In this document: positions 24,401-38,400 of the stretch, piece after piece
Numbering within the stretch: the first letter of the stretch is position 1
Layout of the letters: the number at the start of each line of letters is the position of its first letter
Assembly (NCBI GenBank): GCA_008632985.1
Contig: QPGO01000337.1
Span: 1 to 52,558, forward strand
From: Psammoneis japonica
Lineage: Eukaryota
DNA length: 52,558 bases
Direction: 5' to 3'
Notes under the pieces: generated by a model
Told to the model about the DNA's origin: nothing
Databases searched by the model: none
What the model saw: the letters and a program-made list of their open reading frames with translations, nothing else
Position numbers and translations under genes: made by a program

Positions 24401-25174
24401 CACATGACATGGTCAGTCTCATCAACGCCATCCAGCAACAGTCAGAACTCATTGCAACATGCAGGCAACAATCAGCTGGAAGACAGAGGCTTTGACATCA
24501 CTGCAAGGTGCCCCATCTGTTCCCAGCTGATCAAGATTGTAAATCTTGGCAAGCACCATGTGTCAACAAACCAAGCTTTGCCGCTGGCATTGGGCAAACT
24601 GTCCAAGATGCAGCGAAAATTGGCTGAAGGTGTTCTGCACACCTCCAGGATCACATGCAAAGCAATGAGCCAAGCTGCCCCATGGTGGGCCACCTGCAAA
24701 GCACTCTGCACTTGACCTCATCATCCAAGACACAAAGCTGCCATCACCCAAGAAGAACAAGCCACCGCCACCCAAGAAGCAGCCACCCTGGAGAAGCTGC
24801 TTTGGGCATCATGCTGGTTGGAGCCAGAGCTCCTCCAGCCAAAGTGAGTGACTTGTTCCATTTTGGCACTGAGGCTGAATGTGTGGCCAGCAGCAAGCAA
24901 GACAGAACCAAAGACATGAAAGTGAGCATGTTCGTTTGTGACACCCGTGCAATGCCGGCCATTTCTTCATGCAGGCAGGCACTCTTGACTTGAGCAAAAT
25001 CATCCATTGCCTTGCATTGATTCAAAGGAAGGGTCAACCTTCAGGGCCTGCATGGAGCTGGTGGAGCAGGTGATGATGGATGAGCAGCACACTGATCTGA
25101 AAAAGAAGGAGACCTCGATCGACCCCGTCTGTTGCAAGTTGGGGACGCTGTGGACAACAAATGCAGCATGTTCA

Positions 25175-25635
25175 CTTGAAATGTTTGAGTGGAGCATGGG
25201 ACCCCAGTGACTCCAAATCCTGAGCGAAATCAACCTGTCTTGCATTGGGAAAGAGGGTGGCAGACAGAGCACAAGACCAAGAAAGGCAATGGCAAGCTTG
25301 TGCACCCTTTGGAAGCAAAGAAACAAATGCTTGAAATGTTTGAGTGGAGCAGGGGACCCCAGCAACTCCAAATCCTGAGCAAAACCAACCTGTCTTGCAT
25401 TGGGAAAGAGGGCGGCAGAGCACAACACCAAGAAAGGCAATGGCAAGCTTGTGCGCCCCCTTCGGAAGCAAAGAAACAAATGCTTGAAATGTTTGAGTGG
25501 AGCAGGGGACCCCAGCAACTCCAAATCCTGAGCAAAACCAACCTGTCTTGCATTGGGAAAGAGGGTGGCAGAGCACAAGACCAAGAAAGGCAGTGGCAAG
25601 CTTGCGCACACCCTTTCGGAAGCAAAGAAACAAAC
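25175..25635. repeat. Three tandem ~153-bp units
   Basis: cttgaaatgtttgagtggagca starts at 25175, 25330 and 25483. Confidence 0.92.
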
Positions 25636-25855
25636 AAAACCACAGCAGGATTTTTTGGAAAAGGCCAAGAAACAACTTGGCTTTAAAAGGCACCAGTTGT
25701 CATTAAAAGGCATCAGTGATTGGGAGCACATGGTTGGCAACAGTGCTTGAAAGCTTTGGAAAAGGGCAACTTTCGCCACATGTCGGCAACGATTCCTTGA
25801 CTCTGCACGCCGCCGCGGCTCAGCTGCGTTCCGTTTGACGTGGCTTGCAGTCTCC

Positions 25856-26862
25856 ATCGTGAGTCTTTGCGTCGACCATTCTTCGAGACTCACGATGGAG
25901 CGGAGAGCGGAGAGTGGTTTGACTTTCAAGGACTGAGATGAGCGCGCGGATGCAGGAAGTGGTCAGTCTTGCCTGCTCGTGACTCAGTGCTTTTCTGCGG
26001 TGAAAATTGCGTGGAGATCTGAAGATGACAAAAACGGCCCGATGACTTCCGCTGACAACAACATCAACTGCATGCAATGTGCATTCGATGTTCTGCAATG
26101 CATGAATTAACAACTTCAAGCATTGGATGCAGTTGCTTTGATGAATTTCGCCAAAATGACGCTGAGCCCTGCATTGCGTGCAAATCCATGGCACTCCGCA
26201 TGATTCGTGTTTCGTTTCGGACAACTTCCAATTCGTCAAAGCAACTGCATCTAATGCCCAAAATGGTTTGTTCAAGCATTGACGAACACAGAATGCATGT
26301 TGCATGCAATTGACATTGTTGTCAGTGGAAGTTATCTGACCGTTTTTGTCATCATTGGATTCCTGCGCAATTTTCACTGTGGGGAAGCACTGAGTCACGA
26401 GCAGGCGGGACTGACCACTTCCTGCATCCGCGCGCTTGCCTCAGCCCTTAAAAGTCAAACCACTCTCCGCTCTCCACTCCATCGTGAGTCTCGAAGAACG
26501 GTCAACGCAAAGACTCACGATGAATTAACACCTTTGAGCGTTAGATGCAGTTGCTTTGATGAATTTCGCCAAAATGACGCCAAGCCCTGTGTTGCGCACA
26601 AATCCACGGCACTCCGCACGACTCGTGTTTTGTTTCGGATGACTTCCAATTCGTCAAAGTAACTGCATGCAATGCCCAAAATAGCCAACTCAACTGTCAA
26701 CGAACACAGAATGCACATTAGGTGCAGTTCATGTTGCAGTTGGCGGAAGTCATCTGACCGTTTTTGTCATCATCGGATTCCTGCGCAATTTTCACCGCAG
26801 AAATGCACTGAGTCACGAGCAGGCGGGACTGACCACTTCCTGCATCCGCGCGCTCGCCTCAG
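25856..26862. repeat. Fold-back structure: ~240-bp inverted repeat plus partial tandem duplication
   Basis: 25856-26093 is the reverse complement of ~26283-26522; ~26101-26445 recurs at ~26519-26862; related sequence at ~47510-47572. Confidence 0.85.
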
Positions 26863-26865
26863 TCC

Positions 26866-29800
26866 TTGGCACATTCTCGCGTGAAAAAAAAATGCGCGCA
26901 GCAATCATTCTTGGCCGTTCAGATTAGAAGCCTGCACGTGCAATCGATCCTCCTTGCTTTGCTGTGTGTTGCATGTGAACATGCACTTCTAATTCACATG
27001 CCCCCATGCCCTGAGGTGTCAAAGGATTTTCTGTCAACGGAACAACAATCAAAGGAGCTTTGGAAAACAGTGGTGGTGTTTGGGATTGGATTGCCATGTC
27101 TTTGCCGGTGGTCACACCCACAATGGCTCTCGCACAACTCGGAAATCAGGTCCCTTTTGACTCTTTGCTTTTGACACCACTTCAACAGAAACGAGAAGCC
27201 GAGCTCATTTTCCACATCAAGAATGCGGCAAAACCAAGCAGACAACATCATTCGGACCGTCGTTGTCACTGAAACAATTGAGGCCACCACACCGTGCTTG
27301 CAGCATGACAATTGCAGTGCTTGAGCAGCAAACATGAACAACCAGGGGGCAAACGACAGAGGTGGACAGGATGACAGTGAAGGAAAGTCGCAGAGGAGGT
27401 TGCAGTCATGGACAGCCATTTGCACAATCGCAAGTGGCGTGGCTGCTGTCATTGCATTGCTTGTCACACTGGGTGATGAAGAAGATGACCCTTCACCATC
27501 AGACCCTGCGCCGACGCCACCCGAGGCCCGAGCCTCCGTCTACATTTTGTGTGAGGGCGATCCGCACGGGTGCCAACTGCATTGTCCATGCAGATTGGTG
27601 ACCGAATGTTTGCACCTGCCGGCAATGAAAATCCATTCCGTGTTGACAATGTCCCACTGGGCAATCAGGCACATTCCATGGACGGCCAAATGGCCTGCAG
27701 TGCTGTTGCTTCTTCTTGCTCTGCCTCTGGTGATGGCGAGGTTGACATCGCCAACGGGAAATCTTTCTCACTCTTTTGGCAGCAAGAGCCAGGAAGTGCT
27801 GTTTGCTCTGTTTGGCTTGGCTGGTTCTCTTCCTTCTTACTTGTTCACATGGCAAAGAACACACCTTGTCATCAAAGTCAGACATGTCGATTTATGTCGT
27901 AAAAACACTCCGTACAATGTACAAACTACAAGTGGTTTGCCATTGTGTCATTCTTTCAAATGCTGCTCAATTTTTCATTCTGTCTCTGCCTGATCAACAT
28001 GCAACAGATGCGTGCAATTACCTTTCTGAAAGCATCTACCTCATGAACCATTTGTGGGCTTTTTCTTTTTGATTTCCTCTGTCGATTCAAAATGTGAATG
28101 GAAATTTTGATTCCTTTGCCTTGCATGCTTTTGTGTTGCCATGCAGGTAGAGTGAGAGTGCCGTCGTAAAACCGCAGACGTCTTTGTCGATCTTGTTGTC
28201 ACAAATGACGTCGTCGACATGCCAACATTACATTGCTGTCCCTGATCCTAATTCGAAATGTGTCGGGTTCCCTCTTGGCACCTTGTGCCTCACACTGCAC
28301 AGTCACCATGACATGTGATCAACAGAATCGCCGTCAATTGTGCCAAAGCTGTCGAACTTGGAAACGGTCATAAACTCACAAGGCAGTCAGCAAATGTGGC
28401 AATTGCTTCAGGCGGTCTCCCAGAAACGCGTCATCAGTGACACATTGGTTCTTCGTCCAGTGATTTGGCCACCTTGTGGGTGCACGACATGTGCAACACA
28501 TTGCTGTGTCAGATGCACCGAAGAAAGAAGCTCATGTGCAAACCAACCCAACTGTTGGTGTGCTGACGTGAATCACCTGATGTTGCAATCGGTCCATCAG
28601 TGTTGCCATCGCCGCCATTCGATGCTCACTGCACTGCATTTCAAAATGGACTGAAAATAATGCGCAATTGCAAGAATGAAGTTCTCTTGCAGTTTTGTTT
28701 TTCTGTGCGACTTCTCGCTCCCCTCTCACTCGAATGCACAGCAGGCCCCTCTCTGTCTCTCTGCTCTACTCTCCAGTGGCAGAGAGTGCCGTGTCCTGGC
28801 AGCCAGTGACCAGCAGCTCTATGAATCAAACATGAAAATCACATGCAACTCTTTTTAGAGCCACAGGTGCCTGGTGGCCATTCGTGCTGATGAGGGGTGT
28901 GTCATTGTCCCACTCAGCAGAAAACAGCCAATGTCTCCAGGCAGAGACCAAACTCATGCCATGGCCACCTGCGGTCTCTCGTGGCATGCTGCTTGGAGTT
29001 TTGCCGCTGCACCTGACTCACAAAGTGGCACTTCCATCCTGGGATTTTGAGAGTGACTTGTGGGTCATTGAAAAACATGAAACTGGCGCTGAGTGCACAC
29101 ACCCAGAGCTCTGATGTTTGAGGAAAAATGCAGAGATTCAGCGGACAAGGCTGACGTCTTGGCTTGTGTCAGAGTGCGGGACACACTGTGCTGGTCTCTT
29201 CACCTTGCAACTTTTGTTGATGCTCTGGCACTTGCCTTTGCAGTTGCAGCAGGCATTGCTGCCACAGCTGCCGATGATGATGCTTTTCTGTGTTTGCAGG
29301 CTGCCCACAGTTGACAACTGATTGTGCAAAAGGGCACATTGAAAAAAGCAACTTCTTTTGTCACAAGAAGACCTGTGACAGGCTGCAAAAGTTCCATGAG
29401 ACCAAGTTGCAGCCATCGTGCAAGTGACTCACATTGTGTGAAGGGTCTGTGCTGCAAGATCTGCATGGGGTGCCGCACACAGAGTGCGGTCATTGACTCC
29501 ATGTGAGGACTCAAGCTCCACATGTTTTGCCATTGCACACACATGTGCTCTGCATGAAAAAGTTTTGCAATTTTGCACAACACAGAAAATCTCTGCCGGA
29601 GCACTTTGGTGTCATTCTTGCACAGGTTGCAGCGACACGTCTCAGATGCTTCTGTGAGTGCTGTGAGGCTGACACACAGCAATTCCCAGTGGCCGGCTCC
29701 CAATCAAGTCAGGGGGCTTCAAGATTTCCTGTGCATGCTGGTGCAGGCTAGATGACACCAATCATGGATGCTGGCACACTGACAAATTTGCCAGTGTGAG

Positions 29801-31838
29801 TCACACCAATGGCATGTCATCTGGAGGAGTGTAAAAAGCACAGCAAGCATTGTTTGTGGCAAACACTGGACCTGTCATGAGCTTCCCCACTGTTTTCTGT
29901 TGCAACCCAATTTTGCATTTGGCAACTCAGCAACCTGGTCTACCTTTTCTTGCTCTTGCACCCATTCTGAGCAGAAATTGTGGCTTTTTTGCCAATCAAA
30001 AGGGACCAGTCATTTTGCACTTGTTTCACTCTTTGAAGCCAAGCTTGGTTGCTCTGCTGTTGCCATTTGTGTTCATGTTGGCTGGCGTCAATTCCACAAC
30101 AGTCAATTTTCTGCCCTTTGGAGCACTTTTCAGGAGCCAAATCTTCAAGAGTCAGGCCTGCTTGAGCAGTGTCAAAAGGAAAACTGTCCTCCTCCAGCTT
30201 GGCCAGGCAGCACAGATTGGATCACACATTTGGACCTCCCAGAGTGGGAGTTGGTTGTGGGAAGCACATGACAAGACAGCACATGATGAGGAGGATGCTG
30301 ACTCATGGAAATCATCTCAACATCAGCAGGCAGAAGCTGAGCTTGCAGCTGTGTGTGACAAATGCCAGCAGGAGCACCTTGCCAAAAGAAACAGAGAGGT
30401 TCTGATGGACACTCCATGCACAAAAGATCACATGTTGCATTCCACCACTTCCAGAATTCAGCTCAGAGTTGTGTTGCTGAGGTCAAACCATGTCCAAAGG
30501 AGAACATCAACAAAGCAAAGGGCCAAGTGCTTTGTGGCACTTGCACCATTGCCAGCTGCTTCAGTGGGGTGTCACCTTGTTCAGGTGTTTCGCCAGTGCT
30601 GGCACAGCTGGCAAAGGAGCAACAGCACTTAAAACTAAGATTTGATTTTTTGGCTTTTTGTGTTGTTCAAAATGTGATCACTCTCACACAAGTGCAACTT
30701 TAAGGCAGTGTGGCATGACTGGAGTGCTGCCTGTGGTCTTTTTGGCTCAGCAACAATTCACCACTTCACATGGGTGGATGCAGCACAACATTCCAGCCCA
30801 GGTTTGTTGAAGAATGTGCAAAAGCAACCCGAGCAAGATTGCTGCCAAGTCAACCCAACATGTCAAAGCCACAAAGCTGCACATGATGCTGCACAGTTTG
30901 AAGTTTCCAGTTGCTCCAGCTCTTGATCACAGGATGAAGGAACTGATGCAATGCAAGGAAACCTGCAAAAAATGACAGAACCTGTTTGATGGTGCTTTTG
31001 CATTTGTTGTTCAAAGTGAGCAACTCCACAGTCAAACAAGTCAATCTTTTGGCACACACAGTTGATCCACTGTGCCTGAGGTTCCTTGGTTGCATGTGGC
31101 ATCACTCTGCAAATGGCATCTGCAATGCATTCTGTGCAACAACTTTTTCCTCACAGCATGCCAGCTGTCTTGATGATGTTTCTCTTCCACAGAAGAAAGA
31201 AGTGTTGAGATGTGTGCACAATGAAGGCTCATCCACCTTGCAAAGTTGCTGAAGTTGTTTGAAGTTGTCAGCGGGAATGCACGGGCAAGCATCCAGCATG
31301 TCAATCGCCTCTGCCAGCAAGCATGTGTTCAGGGCATCCAACATGACAGAGGCATCATGCTGGTTTCAGTCAGAAGTGGAGGTTCAAGTTGAAGCCTGCT
31401 TGGTGCATTTGCAACTGACTTTTTGTGTTTCTTTGCACAGCGCAATTCATGGCCACATTCTGCACCTTGTGCAAGCCCCCATCTGACATTGTGCTGCATG
31501 TTGAATGCCCCATTTGTCAAATTTTTGTGGTCAATGCATGCAACTGTCTGGTGACCAAGGAGCGCACCTCAAAACTCCTCAAGTGACCATGTTTCCATGA
31601 TTTTCAAGCAACTCACATCCGCTGTGGGTGCAGACAAGCTGAGTGCATCACTCAGCTTGCAGCTGCAAAATGCCACTGGCTTGTTTTCATGAGATGTTGC
31701 TGCTCCCAGCTGAAACTTGTCTGAAGCATCAGCGTGTGTGTCTCAACGCAAAAAAAAGTGTCTGGGTGAGTCAGGAGGGCCAACACCTTTTTTCATGGAC
31801 AACTGTGTGATGACATGGCGTTGGTGGCTGTGCATGTG
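26866..31838. repeat. ~5-kb direct repeat, copy A (copy B at 47581-52558)
   Basis: Colinear from ttggcacattctcgcgtgaaaa to ggacaactgtgtgatgaca; paired, near-identical ORF translations in the track. Confidence 0.95.
27334..27825 (+). pseudogene. Frameshifted copy of a small single-pass membrane protein gene carried in the 5-kb repeat
   Basis: WTAICTIASGVAAVIALLVTL helix, Pro/Asp linker, then the same domain as 48053-48559 continuing in ORF 27570 after a frameshift. Confidence 0.5.
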
Positions 31839-32016
31839 TGCATGTGTGTGGGGATGGGGAGGGGAGTGACCACAAGAAACAATTTGATGCCCAATGCAAG
31901 AACACCCCAATCTCTCAAAAGCCTGAGACAGGTGACAAAGATCTTCCTCTGACTTCACAAGAACCTCTGTTTTGTTTTTCCAGCATGCACCTGTGTGCAA
32001 AGACAGCCAAGCATCA

Positions 32017-32097
32017 NNNNNNNNNNNNNNNNNNNNNNNNNNNNNNNNNNNNNNNNNNNNNNNNNNNNNNNNNNNNNNNNNNNNNNNNNNNNNNNNN
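32017..32097. other. Assembly gap (81 N)
   Basis: Run of n. Confidence 0.99.
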
Positions 32098-32827
32098 TTG
32101 TCCAACTGTTTCAGCAAATGGCAGGCACAACAATGTTGGCTGAAGTCAGAAGAACAAGACTTTGCAGTGGCTTCATCAGTGGCTGGCTGCTGTTGTTTGC
32201 GTGGTGGGAGCTGCTGCACTAAAAAGATCCAAAGGAGGGTGGATGAGTTGATTCAAATGATTTGATTCAAGTTGCACCATCTCTCTGTCTCTCTCCCTCT
32301 TTCTCAATGGCCTTTGTGCTCACAATCTGGCAGAATGAAACTGGGGGGCCAGTGCAGCCAATTCTCCATCAAGTGCAACAAACAAGCAAGGTGGCCAATG
32401 CAGGGCCACTCAATGGGACTTTGCCCATGCTGCAAGGTCAACAGCAAGGCACAACAGCATTGGCCAAAGTCAGAAGTGAGGCTTCTCTGTGGTGGCTTCG
32501 TCATCAGCCAGCAGGTGTTGCTGATGTGGTGGAACAAGCTGTTGTGTTAAAAAGATCCAGGTGGGAGGGGACTGGTTCTTGTGCCATCTTGTTCCCTCTC
32601 TCTTGTGCTCTCTCTCCAGCTTTCTCTCTCTCTGTCTCTGTCTCTCTCATCAGGCTTTCCACTTGCATTCCAGCAGGACAAAGCAGGGGGGGCTGTTGGC
32701 AGTGTGGAGGACATGGCAGGAAAAAAACAGCCAAGGCTTTGCAAGCTCTCTCTCTCTCTCTTTGTGGCCAACATGTGAGTGACAGGCAAGCCTCCCAGGG
32801 ATGCCGTTTGGCATGCCCACCTTGATG

Positions 32828-32996
32828 TGACAGACATCCGAGATGGGGAGCACACTCCCTTCTGTCGGACAGACTGGCACAGACAGCATGGAGAGATCCG
32901 ATGATCTCTCCTTTGCTCACTTTCTTTCTCATCTAGTGCATGATTGTCATCTGTCCTAGACATCCGTTAGATTGTCCCGACACCACCAGTCTGTGA
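32828..32996 (+). repeat. 5' LTR
   Basis: tgacagacatccgagatgggg...ccagtctgtga; aligns without gaps to the 3' LTR once the MITE is removed. Confidence 0.93.
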
Positions 32997-33006
32997 GGTC
33001 ATGAGC
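32997..33006 (+). other. Putative primer-binding site ggtcatgagc (ggttatgagc-type half-tRNA-Met PBS with TA->CA)
   Basis: Directly abuts the 5' LTR; resembles the GGTTATG(G/A)GC PBS of Copia elements. Confidence 0.6.
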
Positions 33007-33197
33007 AGCAGTGCACTGTTCCTCTTCCTCTGTGCTCCTCTGTTGCAATGCCAGCTGTGTGATTTGGCAACTTTTTCTTCGTTGAAATCGTCGTCATTGT
33101 CACAGCTGTTTTTTCACCTCTCGATTTGTGATCGGACAGCCACTGCAGAACACATGCCAGAGCTCTGCGCAGAAATTTGATTTTTTCCCACGCAACC

Positions 33198-35289
33198 ATG
33201 GTGAACAAAAATCAAAACGCCGTCGATTTGACCATGATCAAGTCAGTGCTGGTTGTCTTCAACCCTCAGCATCACTTGCCTGATGCCCATCATCACCTGA
33301 ACGTCCTTCATTCTGATGAGATGCCTGCTCCTGAAGAACTTCTGGATGGATTTGCTTCTCAAGGCCTCAAGAGCAATGCTGTTGCCACTCTCCATCACAA
33401 GATCGTTCATGACCTTGTCATCCCCAAGGCCACGCTAACTGAAGATCTTGCGCAGATTGGCCCAATTGTGGACAAAGCTCCTCTCTTTGCAGCTGCTCCT
33501 GAAGCTCCTCCGGTTTGTCTGAACCTTGCCAATCTCAAGAACACTGTGATCAAGGCAATTTCAGATGGTCAAGATGCCATGACGATCTGTGTTGAGACTG
33601 TGTTTCTCTTCTTCCGCCCTGATTTCCCGTCCTTTGCATGTTGGGATGACATGTCTGACACTCCTTGTGCACAGTCATCCCAAACCTCAAGCTCTGCATC
33701 CCTGCCAGTTGCCACCACAGGTCCTGCTCCTGAAGACTTTGCTGAGGCCTTAGCTGCTCATTTGCCTGGTCCAAAACAGTTTGAGCAAGCCCTGACAAAT
33801 GCATTGAAGACATCTGCTCTTTGCAGCAGCATCTCCTGCACCATCTGTCATGACCACTGCTGGCGTGGCTTCTTCCTCAACTGCTGCCAGTGCTTCACAC
33901 ACCTTTGATCCAAAAGGACTTCCAAAGGATGCACTGGCCCACTGTCAACACAAGGAAGCCAGGAAAGCAGTGCCAGGGAAATCACTGGCACCCTGCAAGT
34001 CTGGAAACCTTTGTTGCGAAGATGGCGCTGAGCATCTAATCCTCACTGATGGTTCTCTCTTTGTTCATTGCATTGACTGGGATGCAAAGTCTTTCCTTTG
34101 TGATCCTCTCACTTGTGACGACATCTCTCCTCAAGGAATCCATGCGTGGCACACCACTGCAACCCAACAGGCCTCGGCTTGTGGCATGTGTGTGCACCCT
34201 CTGTGGTGTTTTGTCAAGGATGGTGGAAACTGGGGTTTCACATGTGGCAATGATTCAACCGATGATCTCCCTCTCTGGATGACCGCACCACTTGACAGAA
34301 TGAAGCTGACTGTCTTCCAGTGCATTCAGAAAGTTGGAATCTTTCCAGCAGACTCCAAGTGCCCTGACATCATTTGTCAATGCCATGGTGATGGACATGC
34401 TGCCATCAAGATGATCCTCTTTGACATCTTGACGATGTGGACAAAGTGTCCATGTGAGTTGATCAAGAGCCATCCACACCAAAACAATCTTACAATCCTC
34501 AGCTGCTGTGCTCTGTTCAGAGACTGTCTCCAGCTGCAAGCTGTCATCTCCAATGTTGATGCTTCTCTTGATGACCCTGGTGAGCCAGACATTTTTCTAA
34601 GCAATGCTCGCCATGGCAAGCGCCTTCACCGTAAAACAGTGGATGCCTGGGAAGACAAGAACAAACAACACAAGTTCACACAGAAGAAGATTGTTGAAAC
34701 TGTCAGTGCGATTCTCAAGGAACCGGACAGCCCTGCTCTTTGCATCAAGGACCCTCCAAAACATCCTCCACGTCATCTCCACAACTCGCCTGCCCCTTCT
34801 CTCACAGCTCCCGTTCAAGGTCTTGACTTGCTTCCCAAAGATGAAGTCTCTGCTCTGCCTCCAGTGATTGAGGAGACTCCAAAGGAAACTGAGCCTCCTG
34901 CTGCAGAAGAACCTGTGGACACTGTGGAGTGCTTTGTGAATGAACTTGCCACTGTGGATGTTCCCACAGATGATGATGCACAGGCCCTCCATGGCATCTA
35001 CAAGGCCTGCATCTACAGGATCAAGTCCTCTCCTGCAATTGCACAGACCCGTCCATGTGTTGTTTGTGGTGACAGCCACTTGTTCCATGAGTGTCCTGCA
35101 TTGAACAATGCTGAGCACCTGCGCACCCATCTCATTCGATTCTCCCAGTTCCTCCAACGTGATCAGCATGCTCGTGATGCACTCAAGTCTGTCACGGCCA
35201 AGAAAGATTTTTCCTGGGGCCATTGTTGTGTTTGGATGAACAATGCCGCCCATCTCCCTCTAATCCGAAAATTCCTGCAAGCGGGGTAA
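33198..35289 (+). pseudogene. gag: Copia gag, frameshifted
   Basis: ORFs 33177-33908 and 33850-35289; zinc-knuckle-like CVVCGDSHLFHEC near 35056-35095. Confidence 0.75.
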
Positions 35290-35480
35290 CTGTGAAAGAG
35301 GGTCCAACCAACTTGTTGCCTGCCGCTGATGTTCCTCTTTCACGTGTGTCATTTGCTGACCTCCTTTCAGGCTCGATGAAGGCTGGCACTCCGGATCCCT
35401 AGACGATTCCAGATGATGACCCTGACAATCCCAATCAGGGGAGGGAACTAGACCCTTCTACACAAGATGCTGATGTCCCT

Positions 35481-38400
35481 TTGCCCGCTGATCAAGACCA
35501 AGAATTTGAGTGCCTTGATGTGACCAGCACCCAGCATTTGTCACCCCTGTGCCATGCGCATCTCTCTCTGATTTTTTCTCCCCCGGAGTCACCTGCAACC
35601 TTTGCATCCTCAGCCACTCCAGTCATCCCCATCAATCATGTGCTTCATGATTCAATGATGTGTCATGCACAGATTGATGCTGGTGCTTGGGCATCCTGCA
35701 CAGGGGACAAGAACCTTCTTCATGCCTGTGCTCCATTTGGACCGGATGACCCTTGTCCTTTGAAGATGCTTCCTGCTGCTGAAGGCTCTGATGCGGTCCC
35801 TCATGGCTTTGGTTGTTTGCAAGTGCCTGCACACAATCCTGAAGGTTTCCTTCTTGCACGTGCCTTTTGCCATCCCAGCCTGCGTTCCACTTTGATTGAT
35901 GAACGTGATTTTGCACGGGCTTCTGGGTTTAAACCTCAGGCCATTCGATGCGAGCTCCTTGAGAAGACACGTGCTCATGGCACTTGCACTTGCACCGCTT
36001 CAACTGACACTCAAGAAGCAGTTGTCCATGGCATCCTCTGACATGGCAAGGCATTTGCACAACCCCTGGTTCCCCCGTCTGTGCCTCACATCTCTTTGCC
36101 ATCAATGACCCCTGACCTGTCCTTGGTTGATGACATTGATGATGCATGTCAACGTGCAGTTTTTTGTGTCAATGTTCAACAAAGTCCATCTGACCCCTTG
36201 CTGATGGATGCTGAGTTGTTCTTGATGCAGTGTGATTCGACTGCCCACATCTTGCCACCGCCATCTGCCCCTGCTCCGGTCCGCTCTCTCAAGGTTGAGA
36301 CTGAACGTCTTCCATGGCACCAATGACTTGGACATCCCAGCGACCACTGCTTGTGCAATGCTCACAAGCACATCAAGGGCATCCCGAAGTTCCAACATGC
36401 CAATCCCGTCCTTGACATTTGTCCTGCATGTGTCCAAGCCAAGCAAGTCAAGACTCCTGCTGGACCAAACACGACTCGAAAGGCAACCCAGCCACACCAA
36501 GGCCTCACTGTGGATTTTGCTTTTGCTGGCCAAGCTTCCAAGAATGAAGATCGCAAGTCTGGTTGTCTTGGACACAATGGCGAAACGTGTTGGATCACTG
36601 TCTGCGATCACCACACACGGATGCTCCATGGAGTGGCAAGGGTTTCCAAAGCCAGTCCTCTCAAGTGGCTCCACCGATTCTTGGATCGACATTCACCAAA
36701 TTGTCATGACAAATGTGTGTTTGTGGACCAAGGTGGGGAATTGAACAAAAATCTCAAAGTTCGTGACCTCTTTGAATGAGAATTTCAGTGTGACATCTGT
36801 CCTTCTGGCACTGGCACATCCAACCAATGTGGACCTGTTGAACACTCACATTTGGCTGTTGAAAACGCGATTCGTGCGATTTTAATTGGCGCCAACCTTC
36901 TGATTCGATTCTGGCCCCATGCTTTTTACCATTGCCTCCATGTCAAGAATGCTGCTCCTGCAAAAGATCAAGATGCAGCACCCATCACTCTTGCTGCTGG
37001 AAAGGTTGAAGATTTCACTGCTCTGAAGACTTTTGGATGTCGAGCATGGTCCAAACGGTCCGCTGCCCGTTCTGCTGCTTTCCGGACCAATTCCAAGAAG
37101 GGCGCATTCCTTGGCTGTCTCCCAAACACCCTGAAAAATGTCATGTGGTGGGATCCTGAGACTGACAAAGTCAAGATGGCCAAACATGTGCACTGCGATG
37201 AAGGTGTGAATGATCTGTTTTTTGATCAACTTCCTCCCAATGCCATCCATTTGCAATTTGCAACATGTGGAAAATGGACAACCTTTTCCAGCTGAAACAC
37301 AGGACACAACCGCTCCTGTGTTTGCCTCTTTGTTGAATCCTTTTGCTGCGACTGTTGCATGCACCATGAAACATCCCCCAAAGGATCCCACCTGTGGTTT
37401 TGGATTTTCCCAGTGTGCGCCAATGGACCATGTCTGTGCATCAGAAATCAAGCAGTGCAGTCCTGCGGCCTCTTTGTTGTCCTCCCTCCATGCTGCTTGC
37501 AACAAGATTGTGGGTGCATGCATTGTTTCTGTCAACAAGCGTGAAGTCTTTGCTCCAATGGATGCTGAAGAGGCTTTGTCTCAGGTCTTCCATGACGAAA
37601 TTCCGACCTTCGAGAGATTGCTTTTGCACCAGAACAATGGTTGGATTCTTGCACCCTTGATGAAGCATTTGAGGAAGCGGAGTTGTTTGAACCTGACTCC
37701 ATGGAGGATGACTCCCATGTTCCTGAACTCACCTTGGAGGATGTGCAATCTGTCACAGCCCTGCTCTGTCCTGATGATGATTTCTCAGATGAGGCTGTCC
37801 CAATGGATGTTTTCCATGCTCACCTCAATGCGATTAGCTCCCGCTCTCTCACTCTGGAGGAGGCTGCTCTTGACCGCCTCACTCGTGCCAAGCTTCATAA
37901 ACTTGACACATGGCCTGAATGGGAAGAAGGTGAGCAGCGTCAATTGGAGCAATTTTGTGCTCTTGGCATGTGTGGCCCTCCCCAACCACGTCCCCCTGGA
38001 GCAAATGTCGTGCATCTGCATTGGGATTGCATGGTGAAGCCAGATGGACAACGTCGTTCTCGGCAATGTGGAGATGGTTCCAAGTCGGCAATGCCGGCCT
38101 TGCATGAGCTGACTTCCACCTGTTTGTCATGTGTGGAACGTTCCATCGAAAAGATGTTCTCTTTGCTCTCAGCGCAGCTGTGTTGCATCATGTCTTTGGA
38201 GGTGATGCTCGGGATGCCTGTGCTCATTCTCCTGGCCCTTCACAGCCGGTTTTCATTGCTGTTGATGACGCATGTGCTGCCTGGTGTGAAAAGAGATTTG
38301 GCAAGAAAGTGCCCCACCACTGTGTTCTCCCGCTCAAGCATGCTCTTCAAGGCCACCCTGAAGCTGGTGTCCTCTGGGAAAAGCACATCAATTTGATTGC

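Noticed and set aside
25175..25635. CRISPR array
   Set aside because: Long contiguous units with no unique spacers, no cas genes, eukaryotic context.
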